From Mizuhopecten yessoensis (lineage: Eukaryota): a stretch of DNA of 61,668 nucleotides. Shown here piece by piece: positions 25,755 through 37,800 of this stretch. Position 1 is the stretch's first letter; each line of letters opens with the position of its first letter. A program made the translations under genes and the position numbers. Location of the stretch: contig NW_018408021.1 in the NCBI RefSeq assembly GCF_002113885.1, forward strand, positions 356,358 to 418,025, in the 5' to 3' direction. The notes under the pieces were generated by a model. That model had not been told where the DNA came from. It ran no database searches and saw only the letters and a program-made list of their open reading frames with translations.

Positions 25755-26829
25755 CTACGACAGACAAGTAAAATCAACATCTTGTTTTTAAATTCTGGTA
25801 TTCGTATGGCTAATAAGTGTCATAAAGAAAATGTAAAGCTTCAAAAACATACATGAAAAGTGATATCAGTAAATAGTATGCCCTGTCGTGGTGATTTTGC
25901 TGCAATACTGTGCTGGTGTCTTTTGCACGTTATTTAAGTTATTTACAGAAGAAATTGCTAGCACATGTAGATACTATGGGCCAAGAAATAAAATCTAATA
26001 TAATACTTGATCAGCTTAGAAACCATGCTAGCAACCAAAACTTGTATATGGATCATCTGAATGACACACCAGCATGCAGATATGGACATGAATTTGTTTT
26101 TATTTTTATAAGCCCACTCTATAATAGCATTAGAATGAAATTAGTACAAAACATTTCTCAATTTGGTATTATTGATAACCATGATCATTTTAATCTGAAT
26201 AATCATGATATGCTGCACTGATACCAACAAATACATTTTATAAAATATGTAAAAGTGGAGATAATTCGGATACTTAACATTCGATATTTACGATTGACAG
26301 TTCACCACGTTTCGTCGTCCATCTTGTTGTTTTCACATTCAGAACCTAGTTACGTAACCGGAGTGTTCCGAGTAGCTTTTGCGCGGCTATTGCACGTGCA
26401 AAGTGCCGTGTTTCTGTCTATATAAAGCGGTGGTTTTGTTTAGAAGGAAAGTCCTCGTAAGGCTATGCTTATAGGAGTAGGCCTCGTAGCCACTAGTATT
26501 AATGAACGGTGTTGTATAGTGTGCGTAGGATGGGTTGTCAATAAATATACATGATTAATTTAATTGTTAATATCAAAAACATAAACAGAAAATGATTGAA
26601 TAATAGTTGAAAACTATTTATTTGACAAGCTAAATTAGACTTATCTCCCCTTCTCTATTTATTTGGATTGTTTTGACAATATATATATATATATATAATG
26701 TTTGTAAATAAGAAAGGATTTAAAAAGTCCTTGTCTGATGTCTAATCTAACTAATATATAAAGCCAATCAAACCTGTGGAAATTGAAATTGAACATTTAG
26801 GTTTGTAACATGTACAATTCTAAAAGGAT

Positions 26830-27100
26830 TCATTTCTAAAGTACAATGCCAAAGGCACGCAACAGCATTCCGCCCGGTCACATTATACCGACAAAGGGTT
26901 ACCAGTTGTTGCTTTTTTATAAATCCTGAACGTTAAGTAGGGAACAACAACTATCATTTTGAGGATTTCGGTATGTCTTGGCCTCGGGACAGAACCCATA
27001 TTGTTCCCCACTTTAGCAAACGCTCAACACTAAGGCCGAAAAAGGAGGTATTGCCAAGCAAAGCTCTACGAAACAGAACTATTTCAAGACATTAGAGATA
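26830..27100 (-). mobile_element. SINE-family fragment
   Basis: CCCGGTCACATTATAC, GGGACAGAACCC and AACGCTCAAC blocks. Confidence 0.65.
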
Positions 27101-27543
27101 AATGTAAATATCCTATTGATTCAAAATGTGCAGCAGATTTACAATATCTTTATACTCGATTTAAATTAAGTGCATCTAAAGGAGACGTTTATTTGATACA
27201 GTTTCTGTGCAATCAATCTATGATCATTTACATTCAATTAATCTTCATAATAAGATAAGATATATTTTATAAACAATTCGTTTGCTATTGATATATTTGG
27301 ACCTCTTTACACATCTTAACCTTTTGTTTCTGGTTTTTATGTATTCAGTTTTTTTGTGAATGTCAATTTTTTACATGGTTGATTGGCCCTAAATGACTCA
27401 AATTGTCGATGGGCCGTAAAACAATACAAAACACAAATACAAATACGTTGGTTTAACAGCTTAATACTGGTAAAATACTACATTTACAGCCGACCGAAAG
27501 CATATTTGTTAGGAGATGTCTACCAAATTACAACCAGCCTTAC

Positions 27544-27626
27544 CTTGATACCAAAAAGCTCCATAAATAGTATTCCTGGTAAAAGGACTCATCATCGCAT
27601 TCCACAAATCCGAGTTATGGATTGCT
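27544..27626 (-). CDS. SIAE: SIAE-B exon 5
   Basis: SDLWNAMMSPFTRNTIYGAFWYQ. Confidence 0.92.
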
Positions 27627-27725
27627 CTGAAAATTGCAAGTATTGCTATAATTGAACAGCTTTTTGATTCGGGGATTTTGTATTTACTAAATAAATAAAC
27701 TTGTTCTATGTATGAAATCGCCTAC

Positions 27726-27888
27726 CTTTTTCCATTGTGAGGACATTTACTAAGAGCAGACGCCAATGACCACCATTCTATTCTCGTTCCACCCCAGTTA
27801 GATTCAATTAATCCGATTGGATATTTGAATTGTGAGGACAACTGCTTCCCAAACAGCCAACAAACAGCCGAAAACCCGCCTAGGGTTG
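27726..27888 (-). CDS. SIAE: SIAE-B exon 4
   Basis: FSAVCWLFGKQL...NWGGTRIEWWS. Confidence 0.92.
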
Positions 27889-28772
27889 CTAAAAAGTGAT
27901 ATGAAATGTGATTTCAATGATAGTAATGTTTGCCATGAACATAATGTATATTGTTTCATTTGCGCTAGGTCGACATGTTGGTGCCGATCATGAATTCGAT
28001 ATTACTGATGTCCTTTCCTAAATTTGAAATCATACAAAATCGTTAGAGCACTCATAAAGATATGTAATTGTATTTATCTCAAATTTCAAAACACTAATTG
28101 TACCTCGATGATTGTAAAGAGATACGCCAAAAAAGTCACCTGAGGTTAACAAAAAATGAAAAATGGAACGGAACTCAAAATGGAACACTTTTTACATATA
28201 TTCATGTAACAGTCATTTTGTTTCTCAAAATAGACGAATATATTCATTTCAAAATTAAAATAAAATATTGTTTAATTCAATTTAAAGGAAATTTTATCCG
28301 TCTACATTTTTATGTTCAAACGAGGACAAATATTTTGAATTCTTTCAGTTAGTTTTGTTAAATGATTTATATGACGAATTGTTCCATTTTGGTTACCCGC
28401 AAGCTAAATCTCTTAAGTAAATCTTTGGTTAACCACAAGCTAAATCGTTCAATCTTACTCAACTAAATTAGCTGTATGAATAGACACACTCGCTGGTATT
28501 ACCAAAGAAATACAGGAAATAAAAGCTAAAGGCATTTACTATTTCATTTTTGGCAAAATGTAGGTATTTTAGACATTGAAAAGGAAATGTTTATTTTTTT
28601 TTTCAAAAGAATTCCAATTTTGGTTCTCATCTCTTACCCATTTCATTAGCTTAACAACCTTATCGCCCGTGTTAAATATGTTGTTTTTCCTCACGTCACA
28701 CGAAGTTAATTCTAAACCTATAAAAACTATATTATTTTTTGATGACAGAATTGCTGTTTAAGTATTGTTTAC

Positions 28773-28914
28773 CTTGAACTGGAACAGACCAATTAAGGAA
28801 AGGTGTGTCGTTGAAGTCGTGCAGTGCAACGCTGGACTGTGTGTGCTTTGTTTTGAATATGCGGACATTGCTGTAATTTGAAGCCTCTGCGAACTCGGCG
28901 GAGTGATTTGTAAC
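28773..28914 (-). CDS. SIAE: SIAE-B exon 3
   Basis: VTNHSAEFAEASNYSNVRIF...NWSVPVQ. Confidence 0.9.
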
Positions 28915-29617
28915 CTGTTCGACGAAACCATATTATTAAAATTAGTACTGTCTAGCAAGGATTTGTTTTATAATTACTGTTGATGATTCTATTTAAATGC
29001 TTTATTGGATACAGCATGTTTCCATCGACTGACCCAATGTTTAGTTTAGTATTGTTACCATTTTTCTTTGTAACAGCCGCCTTGACTGGTAATACCTTGA
29101 TGGTAATACCTATCTCGCTATTGCCGTTTGGTTTCCCAAATGAGGAAAATGAAAGGTTCTGTACGAGGACAAACACCAACCAAAGTCGCGTAAAAGTGAT
29201 ACATTAAACTTAATTTTGTTCTTTTAACATTTAAATTTTAAAGAAATCTAAGAATGTGTTAGCCCGGTATCAGATGCGACTGGCTCGGAATTCAAGCTTG
29301 ATCGTTTCCTAGTGTGGCTGTTAACCAGTGTAGACTTACGAATATACATTATCGTGAACAGTCGCAATATTGCCTGACTTATGGCATCGACTAAAATTCA
29401 AACAAAGCAAAACAAAATCTGTAATTGTTTGTCAGGGTTAACGACGTAGTAGCAGTTAAGTAATATGAGGACCCCAGCAAAGGGAAGGGAAGACACTGCA
29501 TAAAAACAAAGATTTAGTAGGACAAATGATTGATGTCACAATCTTGCATTGTGGGCACGGATCAATTATGCTTATACGCAAAACCTTCAAACATATTTGA
29601 ACATCATCCACACTCAC

Positions 29618-29929
29618 CCCATACATATTAAATTCCATATTACTCTGTCCAGAGCATATCCATACATCACCAAACATGACATCATGTAGAGTTCTCGTCC
29701 CTTGACCCGACTTTGCCGCCAGGGTGTACGGACCATAGTTGTCGCCAATGACAACAACTTTTGCAATCCAAGTCATGATTCCTGTCGAGCTGTGGGTGAC
29801 TACATCTTCGCTGACCTTGTGACCGTTTAGGACCAGCTGTACTGTGTCACTGAGGTTAGAGGATGTCCCCCAAACAATCGCCCCGCCCGCTCCCTGCTGC
29901 AGCACCATATGGTCGTTGTAGTACGTCAT
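29618..29929 (-). CDS. SIAE: SIAE-B exon 2, main part
   Basis: MTYYNDHMVLQ...FGDVWICSGQSNMEFNMYG, GTGAGT donor. Confidence 0.9.
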
Positions 29930-31698
29930 TTATTGTGGAAAAACGACTGCGTTGCTGTCCGGTGAGATACCATTGCATAATCTGTTCTTGACGTTTTACA
30001 GTTTTGAGTTTAGCTGGTGAATTCATTTTCTCAGCTTCATCAGGCATGATAATCACATATGTGTAATTACCCATTCTAAATTGTACACTCGGCACGCGAC
30101 GCCAATATTCAAAAGCCACCCAAGTAACCATTCAGCTTGTGTGTTCATAGGACGGTGGGGTCACTGATAAGGTGGGGTCCTTACCTGGAACGATGATTGG
30201 CTTGTTTCGCAGGTGATTGATGGCTAAGAAATTTGCCGAAAGAGTTATCAATGTACGTTTTTGTTAGAACAAGAAGTCTATTGTCTACTATTACGGAATT
30301 AGATAATCAGTTTTGACCATATCGGCCTTTGAAAATTGAAACTTAAAGCCTTTCATCGTTTTTCTTTCTTCTTTACATATACAATTAATATACATTATTG
30401 TTTTCAAAAACAGATAAGGCCTATGTGGTCAAACAATTTAACATATGGACTCCCATATTTATTTACTTAAACACGTCTTTCAATTAACTTATATTTACAT
30501 ATAGAATATTTAATTTCCAGACTGATGTCCGTTTTTTGAGTTGGAAAATTGCATATTTTCTTTGAAAGATACTTAGAAGTTTCCTTTGATTGAACTGTTA
30601 AGCGTTCACATCGTCTGCACATAAATAAGTACAAGAACAAAGGATAAATTCAACCTTAATGGCTTCTTTTATAAGATCGTAGACGTGATGGTATTGTAAT
30701 CGACACATTAACACCAATTAATATACTCAAAATATATTCATGCTATTTATTAAGAGTTGAGTATAAGTTATTAAAAATTTGTTATCATAATGTCATTTCC
30801 AATGTTTCATGCGTTATGACATCGCAATAACAATCTCATATATACATGTATCAATGAGAAAATAACCCAGATACATATTAATTATATATGTAATATATAA
30901 TTCTCTGAATAACCCTTTTGATAGAATAAAACAGACATATATTGGAACCTCGGCCTGGCAATTTATATATATATAATTTAGTCCGATCCTGCCCCGTTCC
31001 TGTAATTGCAATTCTTGTATCATATATACTTTATACCCGATAAGGATAACTAAATATATACAAGAAATATATATATATAAGTCCGATCCTGCCCCGTTTC
31101 TGTCCGTTCCTGTAAATCGTCGCCCATTTCTGTCCTTTCCTGTAAATCGTCCCCCGTTCCTGCCCGATCCATATCAATACAATACTCGTAAATCGTTGCA
31201 ATTCTTTTATCAAATATATCTTATACCCGATACAAAATATATAATAACATAAATATAGGTATCATAAGTAATAACGACATAAATGTATATATATAATTTA
31301 GTCCGATTCTTTTATCATATATATCTTATACCCGATAATGATTCTTAAATGTATCCAATATGAATATTCATTAATGTACATAATGATTAATAGATTTCTT
31401 CCCGTTCCTGTCCGTTTCTGCCCATTTCTGCCCGTTTCTGCCCGTTCCTGCCCGTTCCTGCCCTTTCCTGTAAATCGTCGAACCCCCAGAGACGTAATTG
31501 TTTTCCCCTCTGAATGAGTATGTAATGATAGGTTTCGTTTTTAATCTATTGTTGCAAAACATGATATGTTTCCTCAAACGATGATTTGTTTCTTTTTGTT
31601 AAAAGTATGTGTATACTGTAACGTCACGCTACCACAATTGACATTCTACCCAAATTGGTAACACGGTCAGAAAATGGTGCGAATAGTACTTTATAATT
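29930..31698. mobile_element. ~1.77 kb non-coding insertion inside SIAE-B exon 2 (probable non-autonomous element)
   Basis: Absent from exon 2 of copies A and C. Contains repeated ATATATAATTTAGTCCGAT...TTATACCCGATA blocks (30960-31340) and a 10-bp CCCGTTCCTG array (31400-31470). No clear TIR or TSD seen. Confidence 0.65.
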
Positions 31699-32543
31699 AA
31701 ACTGAAATGTCGAGCTGCCAACTGAGAAAAAGTAAATAAATGTGTCTGTGTTTATCGAGATATTTTTCGTTGCTTGCTTGTCACACTCTGTATACCAGTC
31801 GAATTGTGAACAGAGAATAGTAATTTGGGAACCGTACTATAATGATAATGTCCACACTGAAATGTATTTACGAAGTTCATAAGTTTGTGCAATCGTTTTA
31901 TGTATGTTTGTTTTAGGAACTATATATTCAATAGTTGGACGCCATTCAAATCCTCTTAAACCAAAGATGGCTATGGTCTGGGAAACTATTGTGACACCCT
32001 TAAGTTAGGTATATCTTTCCGTCATCATATATTACATTTTGCTGTTGAATATCCATAGATCTTCTTTTTTGCTTCTTCAAGTTTATCTCTTCCATTCTAA
32101 ACTTCTGTAATTTCACGACACAGTTAATTTGACAAAGTCCAACTTAAACAGTTTATGGCTTATTTTTACATATTTCCCAACACAATTGATTTAAGGCAGA
32201 AAATCGAGTCATATCAAAACTGTAACGAATCTTTTTTGTTAAATATTATAGGAGTAGGATTTTGTTTTATGTTTTGTAATATTTAACGGCCCATCGACAT
32301 TGAAGTCATTAGAGGTCAAACAACACAGAAAAATTGAACACATTAAACTTGAAATAAAATGGGTTAGCAGGTGTTCACTGTAAAGTATAACAACAGGGAA
32401 CAAATTGATTGTAAAATATATCAGATTTTATTATAAAGATCAATTGAGTGTAAATAATCATATGTTGATTTCATAGAAACTGGATCAAATACGTTTCAAT
32501 TAGTCTATTATCTTTGAAGAAACTTCATAGAGAAAATACTTAC

Positions 32544-32598
32544 AGCCCACGACATTGCAAAAGGTCAGACAACACAACAGCCAATTGATTCCAGTCAT
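32544..32598 (-). CDS. SIAE: SIAE-B exon 1 (signal peptide MTGINWLLCCLTFCNVVG)
   Basis: Near-identical to A exon 1, same GTAAGT donor. Confidence 0.8.
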
Positions 32599-32609
32599 TG
32601 TTTTCGAAC

Positions 32610-32820
32610 CGTTTCCTTACTAGCCAGACACGACTGTGTTCTTTAGTATAAATTCCCTTTCCTTATCTCCCTTAACGTTATGACCGGCTAGCTGAATTGT
32701 TTATCTAGAACAAGTACATTGTAAGTGATCACCTTAGTTGGACTTGATATAATCGTGACAACTGAATGGCTACCACTGCGAAGATTGAAATATACTAGTA
32801 CAGGTTATGACGTACCTGAT
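32610..32820 (-). promoter_or_regulatory. Putative SIAE-B proximal promoter, conserved with copy A
   Basis: Homologous to 19690-19905 (TTATA-like box, GATA, TATGACGTA). Confidence 0.45.
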
Positions 32821-34610
32821 TTCCAAAGTGCAGTGTACGGATGTAATGGGAAATATGCACAAGAGACCTAAAGGGCCTGTATCGCTCACCTGGATATTTA
32901 CGCAATCATCACAAAATATACATTTGTATTATACAAGTATATACCCAAGAACCTTATCCCTAGGATTGTGGCAAGACCCAAGGCCCGATTCTGATATCAT
33001 GATTTTGTTTGTCTTTTAATGCCCAGCAATTGTATATATGGTTATGGGGTGGGGATCTCAACTGGTTCAAAGTTATGACGCAGGGATTAAGTCTCCACGC
33101 TCCAGGGATGGATCAAGACCTCCCGGGTCATCCTGATATTATATGTGCATTCCTCTCATTATGTTCAGCTTTTGTTCATATGGTTACACGTCGGGGATTT
33201 TAAATCTTAACTGTGTCCAAGGTATGTACTCTTTTTTTTTTGCACCGCCCCTCAGCCCCTTTATTTGTACAAGTTTGAATCTACACCACCGGAGAATCTT
33301 TGTAACCATATATGGTCGATATATATATCTTAGTTCCAACGAAAAAGTCTTTTATAGCAATAACGCCAAATTTCCATGTATTGCAATAACGCAAAACCCC
33401 CATTAATCTAACTGAATGCCAAAAGGAAATAGCAATAAGAAAATGACACCAACATCAAAAATCCTTTTTACTCGATGTTGTATAATACTGCGACAATGAT
33501 GTTGGCTACAAAACACTACATACGTTTTGTGGCAGTTTATATCGTTATCCCAGCAAATGAAAAACAAGATATCGATTCAAACAGTCTAATTTCGTCATCT
33601 TATTACCTTTTTGGCTTCATTTCATATGGAAATAGGCAAACAAAATAATTAGTATACTGCGAATAACATACAATGTATAGAACATCAAAAGTCAAAAGTA
33701 ATTTCCCTGTTAATTTTCCTTCTCTATCAGTTTTCAAAAGGTCGTTGAAAGGTTAAGCACTGAATATTCAGGTACAAACAAAACGCCTAATAACTTGCTG
33801 AAGATGGCCAGATAAATGTTTCGAGGAACAATATATTTTTGATAGACGTGGGTTATCAAAATAACTTAATTGTTTTTCCAAACATGTGAAATTGTAATGA
33901 AATTGAATTTTTTTTTTTTTTTTTTAGTTTTGTTAAATAAGAGTTATGGTGTGACGCAAAGATTTTTACGATTATGTAAAGCTTAGCCATAAACCGTGCA
34001 AGCAATACTTTTAAACCAATTCCGAATTATATTCCGGTTGGCAGAGTTATCTCGCTTTATGTCAAGTTTCAATTTGTTCCACGAACCCGAACATAGATAT
34101 TCATGTCATTATATTTTATAGTCATAAAAGATTGAGACAGATTAAAGCGAATTATTATGACGTGCCTGATATGAAAACATAGTTCTGTATATCAACGTGA
34201 AACTGGACTATACTAAGAAATTGTTTTATTTAATACTATTTTCAATAATTTCTGATTATTTAGCTGTATACAAATGTTTTTAGAATTCAATATTTTACCT
34301 TTCATTGTTTTGTTTGGTCTATTGAACTTTGAACTAACTCTGTAAATAGTTATTTACGCCTTTGTATCTAAGGGAAATGCGTGCGAATCGATTCATACAT
34401 TTTGTATCTGTAATTTAAAGATATCTCCAGCGGGCCAGAACCACATACCTTTCTAATGAGGTATCGCCAACCAAGGCACCAGAAACAGAAGGTTCAAAGG
34501 GGTAGGGATACATATTTCCAGGTGTAGTATCCAAATTAGTGCATACTGATTAATAAATAACTGACAAAGATAACAATCGATTTATTTTCTTGAAACAATC
34601 CCAAGTTCAT

Positions 34611-34841
34611 TTAGTGTAAATTATGGTAAAACGGTGGTCCTGGAAGGTCAGTGTCCCTCCCATACTAGGCACACTCCTTAAAAGCGCAAGGACTTTCCCT
34701 CCAGGCATATCTGACGGCAGACAGGGGTACGTGACCACAAGGACTTGTATCAAGGGTAATGGACGATACATCATGTGACGTGATGGGTGCCGGTTGCCAT
34801 ACTCCATAGTTTAAGTTGCATTCACGATACGAACAACACAC
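34611..34841 (-). CDS. SIAE: SIAE-C exon 9 with internal TAG
   Basis: VCCSYREC...RYAWRESPCAFKECA*YGRDTDLPGPPFYHNLH*. Confidence 0.88.
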
Positions 34842-37800
34842 CTGAAATCCATTAAACATAGTATAGACAAGATACAATATATTTATCGTACAGAACGCAA
34901 CAAGATATTTAAATAGTTAAAACAAAAATGCCACTAATTTTTTTTATTTTTTTTATGGGTCTTTTCACAACGTGAATGCTGCTTCGTCACTCTGTAAAAA
35001 TAATCTACATCTGCTACAGCCTATAAGCACAAACATACATGTACGCATACACAACTCTCACAGAGGCACGTCCTTCAATGACCTCAGCTGTTGGAAGGAC
35101 ATTAAAGCCTGTACCAATAACCAAACATAATGTCCTTCCAACAGCTAAGGTCATTGAAGGACGTGCCTCTGTGTGTGTTGTGTATGCGTGCATGTATGTT
35201 TGTGCTTATAGACTGTAGCACATGTATATTATTTTTACAAATTGATTGTAATTGTAAAGTGGCGAAACACAAGACAAGATATTTAAATTGAAATTTATAA
35301 ATATTAGATTAAAATGTAATGTATTAAGAAAAGTTTGTTTTCTGTATTTATACATGGTAGTTTGTATTAATTAGCTACGGATTATATCTACATAGTGGAC
35401 AAAATACGCTTATCCTTCTGATCTGATTCTGAACAACGGTATTGAAAAAAATCTACATGTGCTACAGTCTATAAGCGCAAACACACATGCACGCATACAC
35501 AACACACACAGAGGCACGTTAGCTATTGGAAGGACATTATGTTTGGTTATTGGTACAGGCTTTAATGTCCTTCCAACAGCTGAGGTCATTGAAGGACGTG
35601 CCTCTATGTGTGTTGTGTATGCATGCATGTATGTTTGTGCTTATAGACTGTAGCACATGTAGATTTTTTCAATACCGTTGTTCAGAATCAGATCAGAAGG
35701 ATAAGCGTAATTTGTCCACTATGTAGATATAATCCGTAGCTAATTAATACAAACTACCATGTATAAATACAGAAAACAAACTTTTCTTAATACATTACAT
35801 TTTAATCTAATATTTATAAATTTCAATTTAAATATCTTGTCTTGTGTTTCGCCACTTTACAATTACAGTCGGTCTTTTGCGGTACATACGTAATCTCTAA
35901 AACAAATCAACATTATTGAGGCGAAATATCGATGTTGCGATTTTTTCCCCGATTCCGTAAAGTTTGAAACACCGCAGTTTGACAAGATTTACATTCTTAA
36001 AGTGAGAATCAGTGTATAAGTGAAATAAAAAAAAAGTTGGACCAATAAATTATAACTTATACTTGTATAGCACACAGATACTTAACATTTTCCAATACGG
36101 TCATAATGGCGACCGCAAGTTTTGCTTTCAGGTAAGTCAATATGCATCTCTTGAACCAAACGTGTTGTAAGTTTACCCCTCAGCAATCGATACGTATATA
36201 ATTATTGGTTCTATGTCATTCAAACATATTACTCAATTGAGGGAAGTAATATGTCCTGTCCCCTGATAGAAACAAAATCAAGCTAATTCAAATTGGTATT
36301 TTACGTTTCACTGCTTGACATTCACTTCACAATTGATATTGGTAAGGTCTTGGCAGTTTGCTGTGAGTAAGATATGACAGGGTGAAATGTCATGCTAATT
36401 AATGGCTACACGTTACATGTATGACAATTCAGTGAGTTGGTACTTAAGTGTTGCCCCATCATCCGTATAAACCGTCTTCAAATGACCTTGGCTTTTTCGA
36501 AACCATAGAAATCCAGCAGTACCAACTCAATAGTATTCCGTTTAAACGGGAAAAAAATCCTAGAACGATTTGTTTTTGACTGCCTAAGGGAGTGCCACAT
36601 GTACGTTAAAACAGATAAACAAATGCTAAAGTCCGCAGAAAAAGACATAAACTTCAGCTTTACAATTCACTTGATCCCAACAAAGTTAACATCTCAGAAA
36701 ATATTTTAGGTGAAGACTAAGACTGAAAAACAAAAGACACATTTGTTTCTTTGGGGTTAAAGTCCTCGCAACAGCCAGGGTCATATAAGGATGGGTGTCT
36801 AGGGAGGTACAGCCTAAAACAGAAAGTAAATAGAAAAACGACAAGACAAGAAAGTGTTGCAATCGGGGCAGCTAATCATATTTTGGGTTCTTCCATGTCC
36901 CCTTCCTTGAAGACACGGCCCCATAAGTCACCCTTTTCGATACTTTGTCTATTCTTGATTTCTTCATTGTCCCCTAAATGGAAGACAAGGAAGAAACCAC
37001 CCCAGATACTGCGGGGGCCCATATTAGTCGCCTCTTTCCATCATGTAGTGGGAAACAGCAGGCCTTTTGTTTTCCCGAACATGCTAGGATTAAAAAAAAA
37101 CACGTACCTCGAAATTAGTTACATTAGCATTCACCCTAATGGGGGTTCGTCCCTGGTCATATTCTATATTAAGAGAGTGACCAGTCACATGATAATTTGA
37201 TGGGTAAGGACCCTGGTACTCCAGCCCAGACTGGTGGTACGCCACACCGAGAGCTGACAAGGCCAGACGGGATGCTACGTCATGCTTGAATCGGGGATGT
37301 ATTCTGGAATGTAAGAAAAGCAATTATTCATTAAATGTTTTATGTTGAACAGCGCAGACCAAATTTTGTTTGGACCACTTTATGAATGATTTCGTGTATA
37401 AATAAATAGTACAGTACTTTTGCAGTCCACTATTTTACAACAAAAACAGAGGATATCCACTGGAAATTTTCAGATTTAATCAACATTCAAGATCAGATGG
37501 TACAAAATAAAGGCAAAATACTAATGATTGCTCTCTATAAGGTACAATTTAGAAGTACCTTACACGTACAACCGAAACGCTATTATATTTGGTTGAATAA
37601 CATACATTCTATTTACGTTTTTAGTCTTGTCTTAACTTTGTACATTGAGTTGTTAAAGTCGCGCCATTTTTAGAAGTCAAAAGCATTCATTGTGATAATA
37701 TGTTTGCAGAATCGAACATAAATATCAACATTAGTATCAGTAGTTTTCAGAGCATTGCTGGCTGTCTGGATGTTGCCTTACGTTCCGTAAGGAGATTTAA

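Larger units (their letters stand above)
22138..32598 (-). pseudogene. SIAE: Sialate O-acetylesterase-like, copy B; exon 2 interrupted by a ~1.8 kb insertion (recent pseudogene or N-terminally altered isoform)
   Basis: Exons 32598-32544, 31721-31699 plus 29926-29618 (split exon 2), 28914-28773, 27888-27726, 27626-27544, 25754-25624, 24605-24451, 22966-22771, 22368-22138. All other exons are open with intact splice sites and catalytic motifs. Confidence 0.75.
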
